From Octopus vulgaris (taxonomy: Eukaryota): 64,000 nucleotides of DNA. The DNA lies in assembly GCA_951406725.2 (NCBI GenBank), contig OX597815.1, forward strand, positions 41,354,001 through 41,418,000, read 5' to 3'. Each line of letters starts with the position of its first letter. Within the stretch, counting starts at the first letter, position 1. The notes below the pieces were generated by a model. It was given only the letters and a program-made list of their open reading frames with translations. It was not told the DNA's origin and made no database searches. This document shows, piece after piece, positions 30,001-43,298 of the stretch. Made by a program: the position numbers and the translations under genes.

Positions 30001-31086
30001 CCTTGCTAGTTCCTGTCAAGATATCCAACCTATGCCAGTGTGGAAAAAGAGATGTTAAATGATGATGATGGTAAATGCAAGAATATATGCAAAATCAAAC
30101 CTTGCAGAACATTGATGAATCATTGAAAGGTTTCCGTTATTATTGCCCATGGTAGTCAATAAGTGAAGGTATATACCACTTACAACTAGAATAAAGTCAC
30201 ATAACAAATTTTCTCAATCAAATTCAATGTTGGCCAAAATCAAAATGAGGCCTTCTCATTTCACCAAATAATTCTTTTTGACAGCGCAAAGGAGCTATTT
30301 TTGTAGGGAAGAAGATACAGACAACTGAATCAATGTAGTTATTTCACTGGTACTTGTTTTGTCTATCTTGGAAGGGCAAAGATAATGTTAACTCCTGCAA
30401 GATCTAAATCCAGGGCAAAGAAGAATTAAGCTAAATACTTGAGGTCATTAAAACCAATATGCTAACATTTCAGCAAAATTCTTAATCCTACATAACGTCA
30501 AATATTGATTAATAAATTGACAATAAAAACTGAACCTTAAAGTATGAAACACAGTCATTAAATTGAAATCAAGTCAGAAAAGAAAAAGATTTGAATATAA
30601 TTCCAAAGGTTTCCATAATTTATTTATGACAAAGTATTTATATATATGCACGTATATTTATATATTACTTATACATGCCAATGTGCGACTTCTCCATGGA
30701 AGAGAACAGCTTAGTAGGACCACTGCATAAGGCTAATTTGCATACAGAGCTCCTCCTGCCATAGGAGTAACTTTGAGAGGCACTCTTGTAAAGTCAACAA
30801 GTTAAGCACCTACTTGGGATGACATCTGATAAAGAATAGTCAAGCAGTTGACCTGACCACACTTATGTGATAAATAATATACAAGTGAGATTTTTGCAAA
30901 TTAGTAAATCGATCAGATTGGAGCCTGATGCAGCCTTCTGGCTCACCAGCCCTCTGTCAAACCAGCCAACCCATGCCAACATGGAAATCGGTTGTTAAAC
31001 GACAACGATGATGATGAAAGAATAGTTTAGAGAAGCAAAGTTAGACCAAATTCTACTTTTAAATCATATTACTTATCTAAATTTAC

Positions 31087-32006
31087 TAGGTTGTAGAAAG
31101 TATCCTCAACCAGATGATCATAGAAAAAATAAGACTATGCAAAAGAAACAAGAATTTTGCAATATTATATAATTCACTTAGCTTTACATGTTTACACTTT
31201 TATTGCCTTCAAAGTATTCTCCATTTGAAGCAATGCACCGATCCAGACATGTTTTCTACTGTTCAAAGCAGTACTGGAACTCTTGGGAAGTGATGATTTT
31301 AATGCCTCTGTCATTTTTTTCTTCACGCCTTCCACATTTGCAAATTCTGTAGCACTAACTTTATCACCAGTGATGACCTTCAAAAAAAGAGGTCTGGATC
31401 AACTTCCAACTGTTCTTTCGGTTCATGACATGCATTCAGTCATGACTGCTTTTGAACTTCTGTAAGCAAGCTGCAATACTTTTCATTTGCAATTCCTTGC
31501 TCAAAATTAGTTCACAGGAGCTCCAGGACACACCAATCATATCAACAAGATCGTCAATTATTCAGTGACAGTCCTCCAAGATTAGTTCATGAATTTTCAT
31601 TCGTTTGGGAGGTTGGCAGTTGCCCTGAACAAGGTTGGTCTTCAAGGAACAAGTGACCATTCCTAAAGCATGAAAACCACTCGTTAACCTGTGTTTTGCT
31701 CATGGCAGCATCCTTGTAAGCTGTTTGAAGCATGACAACTGTTTGGGCCGCCATTTTCCCCAGCAGAATACAGAATTTCACAGAGGCATACTGTTCCTTC
31801 ATTTCTGCTATCACAAAAATCAATGAACAGAGGAGAAGCACTGCAAAACAAAGACACATTACCTGACAGTACAACTCCATTGGAAGACACCAGTCAGCAG
31901 ACTGATGCCTGAGGGTTGCATCAAGTGGCTTCTAGCAGCAGAAGCCCAAACTACAATGGGCTTGACCCACAGAAAATGTTTCTGGTTACTTTTGTGTACC
32001 TCTTCA
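31087..32006 (-). mobile_element. Internally deleted mariner transposon
   Basis: EQYASVKFCILLGKMAAQTVVMLQTAYKDAAMSKTQVNEWFSCFRNG..LEDQPCSG (mariner HTH) and FANVEGVKKKMTEALK (C-terminus); degenerate TIRs at both ends. Confidence 0.85.
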
Positions 32007-32663
32007 TATGTAAATCACATCAGCCAGGTAGAGGCCATTCCTCCTGCTGTCATATCTAGAAGAAAATGTTGAGCTCAACACTGTTACCTAACAAACCACT
32101 TGTTAACTTTACAGACTGCCCAATACAGAGAGTAATAAAGTTTACTTAGCCTGTAATAACCATTTTAAGCTGGATGGACCTGACCCAACAATGCTGGTGA
32201 TAGGATATGAATCAACAAACTTTTGGATGCTACCATATCTACTACATTATCCATGTCCTCTTAATTTATTAGGAGTTACTAAATATACTTGTTTGTTATC
32301 AACTCTGAACTAAGTTAACTCGAGTTAAACTGCCTTAGTGCTTGCCATGAAAAAATATTATATTCCAGTTATCAATGCAAATCTGTTGTTATCTACCACT
32401 CTACTGAATAGCATGGGTAATCTGTTAACCTTTGACTAATCTCTCTCAACTTCTATGGCAATGGATACATGCAAATAACTGTTGGTCTAACTTGAAAGAA
32501 ATTGCAATTACAAAAATTCCACTGTTGCCATAATTCCTCACAGAAGTCTTCATGACAAAAAAAAAAAAAAAAGAGTAGCTGAAGAAGAGTTTCTAATTAC
32601 AAACATACTCTTAAAGAACATGTCATTTTAAGCACAACCAAACGTGAGGTTTCAAAGGAAATA

Positions 32664-35600
32664 TCTTCACACAAGGGCTTCGCTCCTTCTAAGGCTCTGA
32701 CCCCCACCCCTCTGACTTGCTGTCTCTCTCTTTCGACTTAGCACTGTGGTTTTCATTTATTTAAATTATGTTTTACTCAATTCCCAAACTTTCTAGATGT
32801 TTCAGTAATTTTTGTTGCAGAAAATTCCCTACAAATTATCTTCAACCTCGTTGCTCCGCTCCTTCGAGGTGCGCCCGCCCTCCCACCCCCTCCACCAATA
32901 CCGGAAGTTTCTACCTCTGTCTTACTTGACTATCCCCCCCCCCGCATCCCTATGTCGGTTTTATTTGATCATATAGCGCAAAAACAGTGAAACGTATGCA
33001 GGTTGTAGTCTCACCCCCTCCACCAACGACATCGGAAGTTTCTACCTCTGTCTTACTTGACTATCCTCCCCCACGTATACCCCCAACCGCACCCCTATGT
33101 AGGGTTTATTTGATCATATAGTGCAAAAACTGTGAAATGTATGCAGGTTGTAGTCTAGTGTTTCAGTATGAAATCTGCCAAATGCAAGCTTTCTTTTCAG
33201 GTACATGACACGGCTGTCCCTCATCCCAGGGTCTCAGAAGCCCACACCTCCCACACCCTCAGAGTTGGCACATTGAAAGGTAAGTCTGGAGAGATTTTTG
33301 AGCTGCTTGAACGGAGACGTGTGAATTTATGCTGCATCCAGGAAGTAAGGTGGAGAGGAGGTTCCGCTAGGCTCCTCACAGGCAAGGAACACAGATACAA
33401 GATTTTCTGGGCAGGGAACACTGACGGGGTCGGGGGCGTGGGTATACTTCTTGCGGAGAAATGGGTAGATAAGGTAATCGAGGTAGTCAGAGTAAGTGAT
33501 AGAGTACTTAAGATTAGATTAGTGCTTCACCATAGATCAGCTACCATCATCTCGGCATATGCCCCTCAACCAGGTCTACCGGAAGGACAGAAAGACCAAT
33601 TCTAAGACACCCTATTGCGGACTACCTCATTGACAAATGACAGTGACCTCTTTGTGGCAGGTGATTTCAATGGACATGTTGGACGGCATGTCGGGGGCTC
33701 CATGGCGTTCATGGAGGCTACGGTTTTGGCTCTCGAAATGAGGAGGGAACCAGGCTGCTGGAGTTCTGCGATGCAAATGACCTTATGGTTTGCAATACCA
33801 ACTTCAGGAAACCCACCTTTCACCTAGTCACCTACCGTTCTGGCAGACACACTAGCCAGATCGACTACATCCTCGCCAGAAAGAGGGAAAGAGGGCTGCT
33901 TATAAATGCCAATGTACTCCTCAACATAAATTAGTAGTTAGCGACTTCAGGATCAGAGCTAAATGGTTGCCCAGAAGAAGACCAGCTTGGAGGAGAAGGG
34001 TCTGGAAGCTCAAAGATCCTGCAAATGGTCAGAGATTTAGAGACATACTACTCGAAGCCTTTGACGAAATAGAAGGGGATATAGCTTCACTTAATGTGGA
34101 AGACAACTGGAGATTTCTACGGGACAATCTGCTGACAGCCACTGACCAGATCTGTGGATGGAGCAAAGTCCCATCTCGACCCAGAGTAACGTGGTGGTGG
34201 AACAATGTGGTTGACAGGGCTATTAGACAAAAGAAACAGGCTTGGAGGGACTGGAAGAACGGTGGTAGCAGGGAATTGTATCAGACAGCCAGAAGGGAAG
34301 CTAGGAGACAGGTTTATTTAGCCAGAGGGGAAGCGGATAAGAAAGAATTTGCCAATGTTCTGCGCTGTGAGGATGAAAGACTTGAGGTATTTCGTGTTGC
34401 AAGACAGTGTGTGAGAGAGAATCGTGATGTGGTAGGAGAGAAATGTGTCTGCATGGATGATGGTTCACTTGCGCTAAATGAGGATGCAAAGAGAGAGGTT
34501 TGGAGATGCCACTATGAAAGGTTGCTGAATAAAGAAAATGAATGGGATAAAGAGAGTCTGCCAAGTGTCAACCCAACAGAGGGACCAGCCATCCGAGTTG
34601 ACAATTCTTTGGTAGTTAAGGCAATTAGAAGCATGAAGACAGGGAAAGCCCCAGGCCCATCGGGAATTACTGCAGAGATGCTCAAAATATCTGGCAGTGT
34701 CGGCTATAACCTAGTCACCCGTATAGTTAACCAGGTGATACACGAAGGAGTCATACCCAATGACTGGTGTAGCAGCATACTAGTCAACTGCTACAAAGGT
34801 AAAAGAGACGCCCTAGATTACAGAGGTATCAAGCTGTTGGATCAGGTAATGAAGGTTACAGAGAGGGTCATAGCCCAACTGATTAGGGAGAGAGTCAACT
34901 TGGACGAGATGCAGTTTGGTTTCATGCCAGGGAAAAGCACCACTGATGCCATATTTCTGGTGAGACAGCTGCAGGAGAAATACCTAGCCAAAGATAAGCC
35001 CCTGTACCTGGCTTTCGTTGACATGGAGAGAAAGCCTTTGACAGGGTCCCCCGATCCCTTATCTGGTGGTCAATGAGGAAACTAGGGATAGATGAATGGC
35101 TGGTGAGGGCTGTGCAAGTCAAGTACAGGGATGCCGTAAGTAAGGTTAGGGTTGGCAACATGTACACAGAAGAATTCAAAGTAGAGGCTGGGGTCCACCA
35201 GAGTTCAGTACTCAGCCCCCTCCTATTTATCATAATCCTCCAGGCAATTACGGAGGAATACAAGACAGGTTGCCCCTGGGAGCTCCTCTATGCTGACGAC
35301 CTTGCTCTAATTGCTGAGTCACTATCAACCTAGCTAAAACCAAAGTACTAATAAGTAGGAAGGTAGACAATCCACAAATGTCTTCAGAAAGATGGCCCTG
35401 CTCGATCTGTAGAAAAGGTGTAGGTAGAAACTCTATAAGATGTACCCAGTGTAAGCTATGGACACATAAGAGGTGCAGCAATGTCAAAGGAAGGCTAACT
35501 GAGAAGATAGTTTTTGTATGTGGCAGATGCTCGGGAGCATTTAATCTGAAAATCTGCAGAAAACAACTTCTGTTACTCTCCAGGGGGAAAAACTAGAAGT

Positions 35601-36774
35601 AGTTGATAGCTTCCGTTATCTAGGTGACCAAGTCAGTAGTGGGGGTGGGTGCGTTGAAAGTGTAACTGCTAGAGTAAGAATAGCCTGGGCAAAGTTTAGG
35701 GAGCTCTTACCTCTGCTGGTGACTAAAGGCCTCTCGCTCAGAGTAAAAGGCAGACTGTATGATGCATGTGTACGAACAGCCATGCTACATGGCAGTGAAA
35801 CATGGGCCGTGACTGCTGAGTGCATGCGTAAGCTCGCGAGGAATGAAGCCAGTATGCTCCGATGGATGTGTAATGTCAGTGTGCATACTCGACAGAGCGT
35901 TAGTACCTTGAGAGAAATGTTGTACCTAAGAAGCATCAGTTGTGGTGTGCAAGAGAGACGTTTGCGCTGGTATGGTCATGTAGCGAGAATGGATGAAGAT
36001 AGGTGTGTGAAAAAGTGCCAATCCCTAGCAGTTGAGGGAACCCGTGGAAGAGGTAGACCCAGGAAAACCTGGGACGAGGTGGTGAAGCACGACCTTCGAA
36101 CTTTAGGCCTCACTGAGGAAATGACCAGCGACCGAGACCTTTGCAAATATGCTGTACGTGAGAAGACCAGGCAGGACAAGTGAGTCCAGCCCACTTATGC
36201 ATGCCTTTCCTCCTTTGGACACACAAAGACCTGTTGAGGCAAGCGAAGTCGATATTGAACCTCATCCGACGACAGGCACCCATGCCAACCCCCCTTTGCT
36301 TGCAAAGACCTGTTGGGGCAAGTGAAATCGAAATCGAAATTGAACCAATCCTATGACTGGCACCCGGCAGATGCCAGGACCCCTGGACTAGTGGTACGTA
36401 AAAAGCACTATCCGAATCGTGGCCGATGCCAGCGCCGCCTCAACTGGCTTCCGTGCCGGTGGCACGTAAAAAGCACCATCGGAATCGTGTCCGAAGCCAG
36501 TGCCACCTCGACTTGCTTCCATGCCGGTGGCACGTAAAATGCACCAATCCAACCGTGGCCGATGCCAGCCTCGCCTGGCACCTGTGCAGGTGGCACGTAA
36601 AAAGCATCCACTACACTCACGGAGTGGTTGGCGTTAGGAAGGGCATCCAGCTGTAGAAACATTGCCAGATAAGACTGGAGCCTGGTGCAGCCTTCTGGCT
36701 TCCCAGATCCCCGGTCGAACCATCCAACCCATGCTAGCATGGAGAACGGACGTTAAACGATGATGATGATGATG
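32664..36774 (+). mobile_element. Near full-length but disabled RTE-clade LINE
   Basis: 5' UTR, then APE (CCIQEVRW, GVGGVGILL, SAYAPQ, GDFNGHVG), RT (YRGIKLL, QFGFMPGKSTTDAIF, LLYADDL), PHD finger, RRLRWYGHV..GRPRKTW C-terminus and a (GAT)n tail. Candidate TSD AAAGGAAATA (32654-32663) / AAGGGAAATA (36775-36784). In-frame stop at 33603 and several frameshifts. Confidence 0.97.
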
Positions 36775-37499
36775 AAGGGAAATAAACAGAACAGGAAAAT
36801 ATGTCACTACTATCTTTCATAGAAATCACTGAGAAGGAAAGCCTTCAAATTTTGGTTTTGAGGTTTCATTAATGAAGCCTTATCCATGTTTTGACCTACA
36901 TATATAAGAATCTAATTACAATTCCTTTTACCATTTTCATCAACTAACTGCTCCAGTTAATTCTGATGAGTATTTCCTATCATCCAGAAAAAATAGGTTC
37001 ATCTCTGAGATGGCAACCTGACAATGGAATAAGTTTTGGGGAATCAGATCAATCAAATCTTAATTATCACTTGGAATTTGCTATTCTGTTAAGTGGTTGG
37101 CATTAAGAAGGGATCCAGACATGAAAACTATGTCCAAGTAGTCACTGACGCCCAGCATAGCCCTCTGGCAGCTAGTCGGATCCTGTTGAATCATCCAAGC
37201 CATGCTAGTATAGAATAGGGATGTATGATAATGATGACGAATTATACTAAACTCAGAGCAAAGAGCTTTTTCCTTTGTTAAAATATAATTCTTGCTAAGT
37301 CTGAAGATATAAATGGGACAATCATATGAGGACTCTAATGAGAGATCCCAAAGCATTAAGCTGACTTCTTTATATTTGTACAGTTACTTTTTACATAGCA
37401 GAATCCATCCAACAAGTAACAGCAGCTGTTTGACAGTCCACAGGTTAACGGTGTTCAGACAGTGGACGAGAGCATATAAAATGGTTCTGTCACTCTGCA

Positions 37500-38660
37500 T
37501 ACATCTTGGACAAGCCCAAACAATGGTACTTCGATACCAGTAGAATTAATTTTGACCGGTCAATACCTCCTCCTCCCCAATAGCATGACCAGGTCAGGGA
37601 TTCTTAGAGATTATCTATGAGCCCTAGCCCAAAAGTCCTCTGGAGTAGACTAGCCAGTTGATTTATCAATGTCCAGAGTTTCGTTGAGAATGTCATCACT
37701 TTTAACTACCACCAATCCATACGGCCTCCTGCATTACTGACAGATAGAAGGCTGTAAGCACTTAATGACATTCCTGATGTCAGGTATCCTGTCTTGGTGT
37801 TTGTTTGACCCACAACTTCAGCTCTGTTGTAGAGATGAGCTGTAGAAAAACATATCTGACAAACAGTAACCAAAGCTGCTAACCGCCAAGAAGTCACTGG
37901 AGATGTTACAACCCAACCTCAGTGCATATTCATGCATCATCAACTATAACATGCCCAGTCCTCAATGCAGTGAGTGGTGTCAACAAATGAAGCACCTGAG
38001 CAGTGAAACATTTCCCTTCCTTACAAAATGGAAAGCACTCCAGTCTGATCAGATGTTATCAGGGACAAGGCATGATGGCAATAGTTGGAGTCAGGTGGCA
38101 ATAGTTGGAGACACATATGTGTTTGCCAACTCTGCCTGACCTTTCATTTCAGAGTAAGACTGATTACTTTGTTCATCATCTCATCAGAGTTCTCCAATTG
38201 AAGATTTAGACCAAACCAGACTGAGCAATTTAGCCAGTCCATACATCAAGCAACCTACAATGCTGTAGGTTGGTGTGGATCTTGCATCTGCAGGTACTGA
38301 ACTACAGGCCTACTTTTACTTGAATGGTTTAAGTTGTTGTTCTTAGAACAAAACCTATTACGTCAGTGTACTTGATATCCAATACTATATTATTCGCAAG
38401 TGCCAATGCAGACCTACTGCATCCTACTTTATGCGGGATGCCCTCAATATCTCTAGTTTCCACATTAGTGATTAGTCAGTACATACAGAAGAGACGAGAG
38501 GACAACTCTGAAGAACTGAGCACATGATACTGAATGGTTCCAATAGAATGTTGTTCACCCTAACCACTGAGTAGATGTTCCTGTACATTGTGGTGATCCA
38601 GTCTCTGGAGACAGGACTGAAACTGACAACTATGAGGATAGTCATCAAGTTTTGAAGGTT
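37500..38660 (-). mobile_element. Highly degenerate L1/Tx1-like LINE RT remnant
   Basis: WITTMYRNIYSVVRVNNILLEPFSIMCSVLQSCPL resembles the L1/Tx1 motif WI..MY...S.V.VNG..S.PF.I.R.VRQGCPLS. Confidence 0.55.
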
Positions 38661-40488
38661 GACCCCCACTGAGAACTTTTGGTTGACCCAAGTTCTAAAT
38701 TGATCATGGACGATGATAACACTATATTCAAAAACCATAAGAGATAATTTCCAGATAGATATGTCAATATTACTTGACAATATAAGGTAGTGAACTGGCA
38801 GAATCAGTAGCATGCTGGGCAAAATGTTAAGCCGCATTTCATCCATCATTTCATTCTGAGTTCAAATTCCACTGAGGACTTTGCCTTTCATCCTTTCAGA
38901 GTCGATAAAATAAATACCAGTTGAGCACTAAGGTCACTGTAATCACCTTTCACTCTCCCTCAATATCGTTGGCCCTATGAAGAAATTTGAAACCAATATT
39001 ACTTGACAATAGATCTCTAACAGAACTAGAAAAATTAACCCAAATGTATAAATCTGGAAAAAAGGGTATCCAGTACAGTAAAACTAAAAATAGAAATCAT
39101 CCCTTAATAATGATTTCCAATAACGACACAAGGCTATGATGGTTGATTAATTTTTACTATAACACTAGACTGAGACTTGATTTATAGGTACCAAAGGATG
39201 AAAGCTATTTGATTTTGGCAGAAAAGTAAATGCAATTTGACACAGCTCATTACATCTATCATCTACTACCATAACTATCATCATCATAACACGAAAACTA
39301 AGTAACACTAAAACTCTGTTAATACACAAAAACAGCACTATAAGATACTAAACGTTACATGCAATAAATAAAGACATTGTGCAAAAGCCAAGCACTTTTT
39401 TTTGTAATGCAAGCATGCATTAGTAAACTCTTTATTGGTTGGATAATCTAGTCATTTCCTCAAGTCACTTCTTTCTCTTCTTATTGAATCCTATTCCATT
39501 TATTTCTCACCTTTCACCAGATATTTGTCATTTGGGTTCATGTATCACTTCTAGTCAACTTGACACTTTGGAAACAATTTTTCACTAACTGAGACATCAC
39601 TGTCTTCACTTGAAATATGACAAATAATAGAATTCCTCTAATATATAAAAATCAACTGGTAGAATAACCATGACTGCATCTTCATATATTGTTGAATAGA
39701 AGTTATTTCAAGAAGTTCAATACAAAAGCTTACAAACTTGATGGAAGATGTGAGAAGCCAGACAGGATATTTTGGTCAGATATGGCCAGTTTAAATGCTA
39801 AAGGGTTAAGGGCCACATTGAAAAACATTGAGATGGCAACAACAGTGTCACAGGCAGTAGCAAGTCATGGTACACTGAATAAGCAGGGTAAAAAAATTAT
39901 GGAGGTGTCAAATGTGAACAAAGTTAAACACACCTATTTTTGACATGATGGCCTTTTAAAACTTTTATGTTCACCATCATAGAAGAGTAGTTATTTCTTA
40001 ATCAAATATTTAGCTATTTGTCTTAATGTACATTTTAAGGGTTCTGTTTTGTCGGGTTTTTTTTTTACATTTTATTTTGCAAGAAATACCTTACAAAGTA
40101 TGCATAAACAAACTAGTCAAAATAAATAAGAAGTATAAATACAAACACTATATTTGTAGAGTGCTCACATTCCAATAGTTTTAAGCATATAGCCAAGAGT
40201 CAACTGAGGTAGTACACTCTGGTTTTTGAACCTGTTATTTCCAAGATTTACATAATATTTCCCTTTTGTGTTTACCATCCACGTGACCTTAGTACAACTA
40301 GCCATGTTTTACAGTCCTTATTGTTTGATATTGGACCATGGATTACATAAGCTGATGTGCAATGTCTAATTCAAATGGAACAAGTATATGCCTTTACTGT
40401 CTCTTGACTTTCACTCAATTGAGCAATACTCTTCCTAATGTTGCACAATCTAAGACAGTAAATGCATGTTAAAAAAATAAGACGGAAA

Positions 40489-40880
40489 GGCGCAGGAGTG
40501 GCTGTGTGGTAAGTAGCTTGCCTACCAACCACATGGTTCCGGGTTCAGTCCCACTGCGTGGCACCTTGGGCAAGTGTCTTCTACTATAGCCTCGGCCCGA
40601 CCAAAGCCTTGTGAGTGGATTTGGTAGACGGAAACTGAAAGAAGCCCGTCGTATATATGTATATATATGTATGTGTGCGTGTCTGTGTCTGTCCCCCTAG
40701 CATTGCTTGACAACCGATGCTGGTGTCTTTATGTCCTCGCCACTTAGCGGTTCGGCAAAAAGAGACCGAGAGAATAAGTACTGGGCTTACAAAGAATAAG
40801 TCCCAGGGTCGAGTTGCTCGACTAAAGGCGGTGCTCCAGCATGGCCGCAGTCAAATGACTGAAACAAGTAAAAGAGTAAA
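40489..40880 (+). mobile_element. Full-length, young tRNA-derived SINE
   Basis: A box TGGCTGTGTGGT, B box GGTTCAGTCCC, CORE-like CACCTTGGGCAAGT, internal TA/TG tract and GACTGAAACAAGTAAAAGAG tail; CpGs retained. Confidence 0.92.
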
Positions 40881-41015
40881 GACTATTTAATATTGGGTAA
40901 CAACTTCTAACTAGAAATTACAATAACTTTGATCACTGCCATAGTGATCAGCATTAAGAAAAGATTCAATCATAGCAATATAGAAAACACTGCATTTCAC
41001 CAAATACAGTCAATA

Positions 41016-42347
41016 CACTGGGAACCAAGATAATAGTCCATGACGATTTTTTAAGATTTTCTAAATAACTACCCAAGGGATTTTGAAGAAAATTTACATA
41101 AGAGTACAGTACACTATTTTTGGTTTGTATACAAAATTTAGCATTTGCAGCTTTTTCTAGTTTTTGTATTAATCAACAATTTTCTTCTTTCAGGTGAACA
41201 TAATTAATAGTCCTAATATTGATTTCAAAAGATGGGGCATGGAAAAGATCTTACAGAGTACGAGAGGGACCAGATATAAAAGAAATATGTAAAGGTAAGT
41301 CTGCAGATGAAGTGGCCAAGAAACTAGATCGCCATGTGAAAACAATTCACAGAATGAGACATTTCTCATCTGAAGCGATGCTTAGTTAAAAATCCTGGAT
41401 GTACTAGTAAAGCTTTATTTGCAGACACTGGCATTGAAAATATCTCCAAAACAACCAGAAATAAAGTAATTGGTAGCTTTGTGAAAGAGAAGAGACCTGC
41501 ATGCAAGCTTCCATTGACTCCCAAACACAAAAAAAGCTCCGTTAAAATAGGGTAGAATGTATATGATGACTGATGTCAAGCATATTTTGTTTACTGATGA
41601 ATGCCGAGCCATGCTAGATGGGCCTGATGACTAGACTAAGGGATGGATGTTTTATGACAACCCTGTTCACATGCATTTGCATCGTCAGCAAGGGGGTGGA
41701 GGAGTCATGTTTTGGGCAGGAATCATGGGAGACACGATGATTGGTCCATTTAAAGCGCCAGAAGGTGTGAAGATTAATGCTATAACATACTGTTAACTTT
41801 ATTAGAGATGTCCTAACTAACTGGCTGGATGAGCTCCCATTATCTGAGCTTAGCAAGGTTATTTTTATACATGATAAGGCCCCACCACATGCTGCTAAGA
41901 AAACCAAAGAGGTCCTCTCCTCATTGGGATTCAAAGGAGAAACTTTAATGCAGTGGCCAGCCTGTTCTCCAGATCTGAATCCCATCGAAAACCTGTGGAG
42001 CATTGTCAAACATGAGATCTACCATAATGGCAAGTAGTACACATGTAAGGAAACACTTTGGAAGGCAATACAAGACTCTGCTAAGGCAGTCCTACCCTCT
42101 ACTACCAAAGCACTAACTGAATCCACTAACCACATTTTTGAGGTCATCAAACAAAATGGTTCATACATCAAACACTAATCAAAGAGTCAAAGCTTCTGTG
42201 AATATGTTATTTATGTATTTTATATTATCAATGGTACATTTGTGTCATATGAGTTATTTAAAATAATTGTTCTTGAAATAGTTGGTATTTTTAACCTTAT
42301 AAGTGATCAAAACTGTACATGCTTATAACAGGACTATTCTTGCAGTA
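41016..42347 (+). mobile_element. Degenerate Tc1/mariner-superfamily DD37E transposon
   Basis: MGHGKDLTEYE start; FTDECRAMLDGPD; QQGGGGVMFWAGI; HDKAPPH...WPACSPDLNPIENLW with 37 residues between D and E; TIR remnants CACTG..CAAGATAATAGTCC / GGACTATTCTTG.CAGTA. Confidence 0.9.
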
Positions 42348-43087
42348 GACCTGAAAAACAAGTATGCTAAATAATATGAAAACTAAGATAGCTACATATG
42401 ATAAATTTTGCATACAAGCCAAAAATAGTGTACTGTGCTATCATGTAAATTTTCTTCAAAATCCCTCAGGTCTTTATTTAGAAAATCTAAAACCTCATCA
42501 TGGACTATTATCTACAAAGCTATCAAAAGACATGATTACAATGCACAAAGTAGTAATAGACTAAAAATATGTGTACTTCATGAACAGCATCACTCTCCAA
42601 ATTCTTATTCCATTCCTACCTGCTGCTTAGTCTTAGCAGTGGTAATAGAAATGGAAAGATAATGTCATATAGAATAAAGAAGTCATGGGACAGCATGCAT
42701 ACAAAAGGGAATGGAGAGGTTTTATGCACAAAAAGAAAAAAAACATACAGAAGCTATATATGTAGTTTTTTATTGTTCTTTTTTTCCTGGTGCTTTTAAA
42801 GATAGGTATATACATTTAGCAAAGAAATAAATAGTGTAATTAATAAAGAAAGAGGGTAAAAGGAAGAATTAAGAAACTAATATTCAACATATCTGAACAT
42901 TGTTAAAAGTACACAAATTAACAGAAGAATATGTTTCTTCAAAGAATAAAGTAAAACATAAACCTGGCAGTTTGCTGTCCTTGAAAAGACACATCAAGCT
43001 AAGTAAAAGTGTGGTTGCCCTTGCATACAGGCTCATCTCTTGCAGCCCACTTCAGCTGAGAATCCCTAATCTTGCGGGCTTGTAAAT

Positions 43088-43298
43088 GCTGGTGCCACGT
43101 AAAAAGCACCCATACCAGTGCTACATAAAAGCACCCATTACACTCTGTAAAGTGGTTGGCATTAGGAAGGGCATCCAGCCATACAAACCACACCAAAACA
43201 AACATGGAGCCTGAACAGCCCTTCAGCTGGTCAGCTTCTATCAAACTATCCGACCCATTCCAACACGGAAAACAGATGTTAAATGATGGTGATGATGA
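43088..43298 (+). mobile_element. RTE-tail repeat
   Basis: GGTGCCACGTAAAAAGCACCC...GGAAGGGCATCCAGC...GTTAAATGATGGTGATG. Confidence 0.85.
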
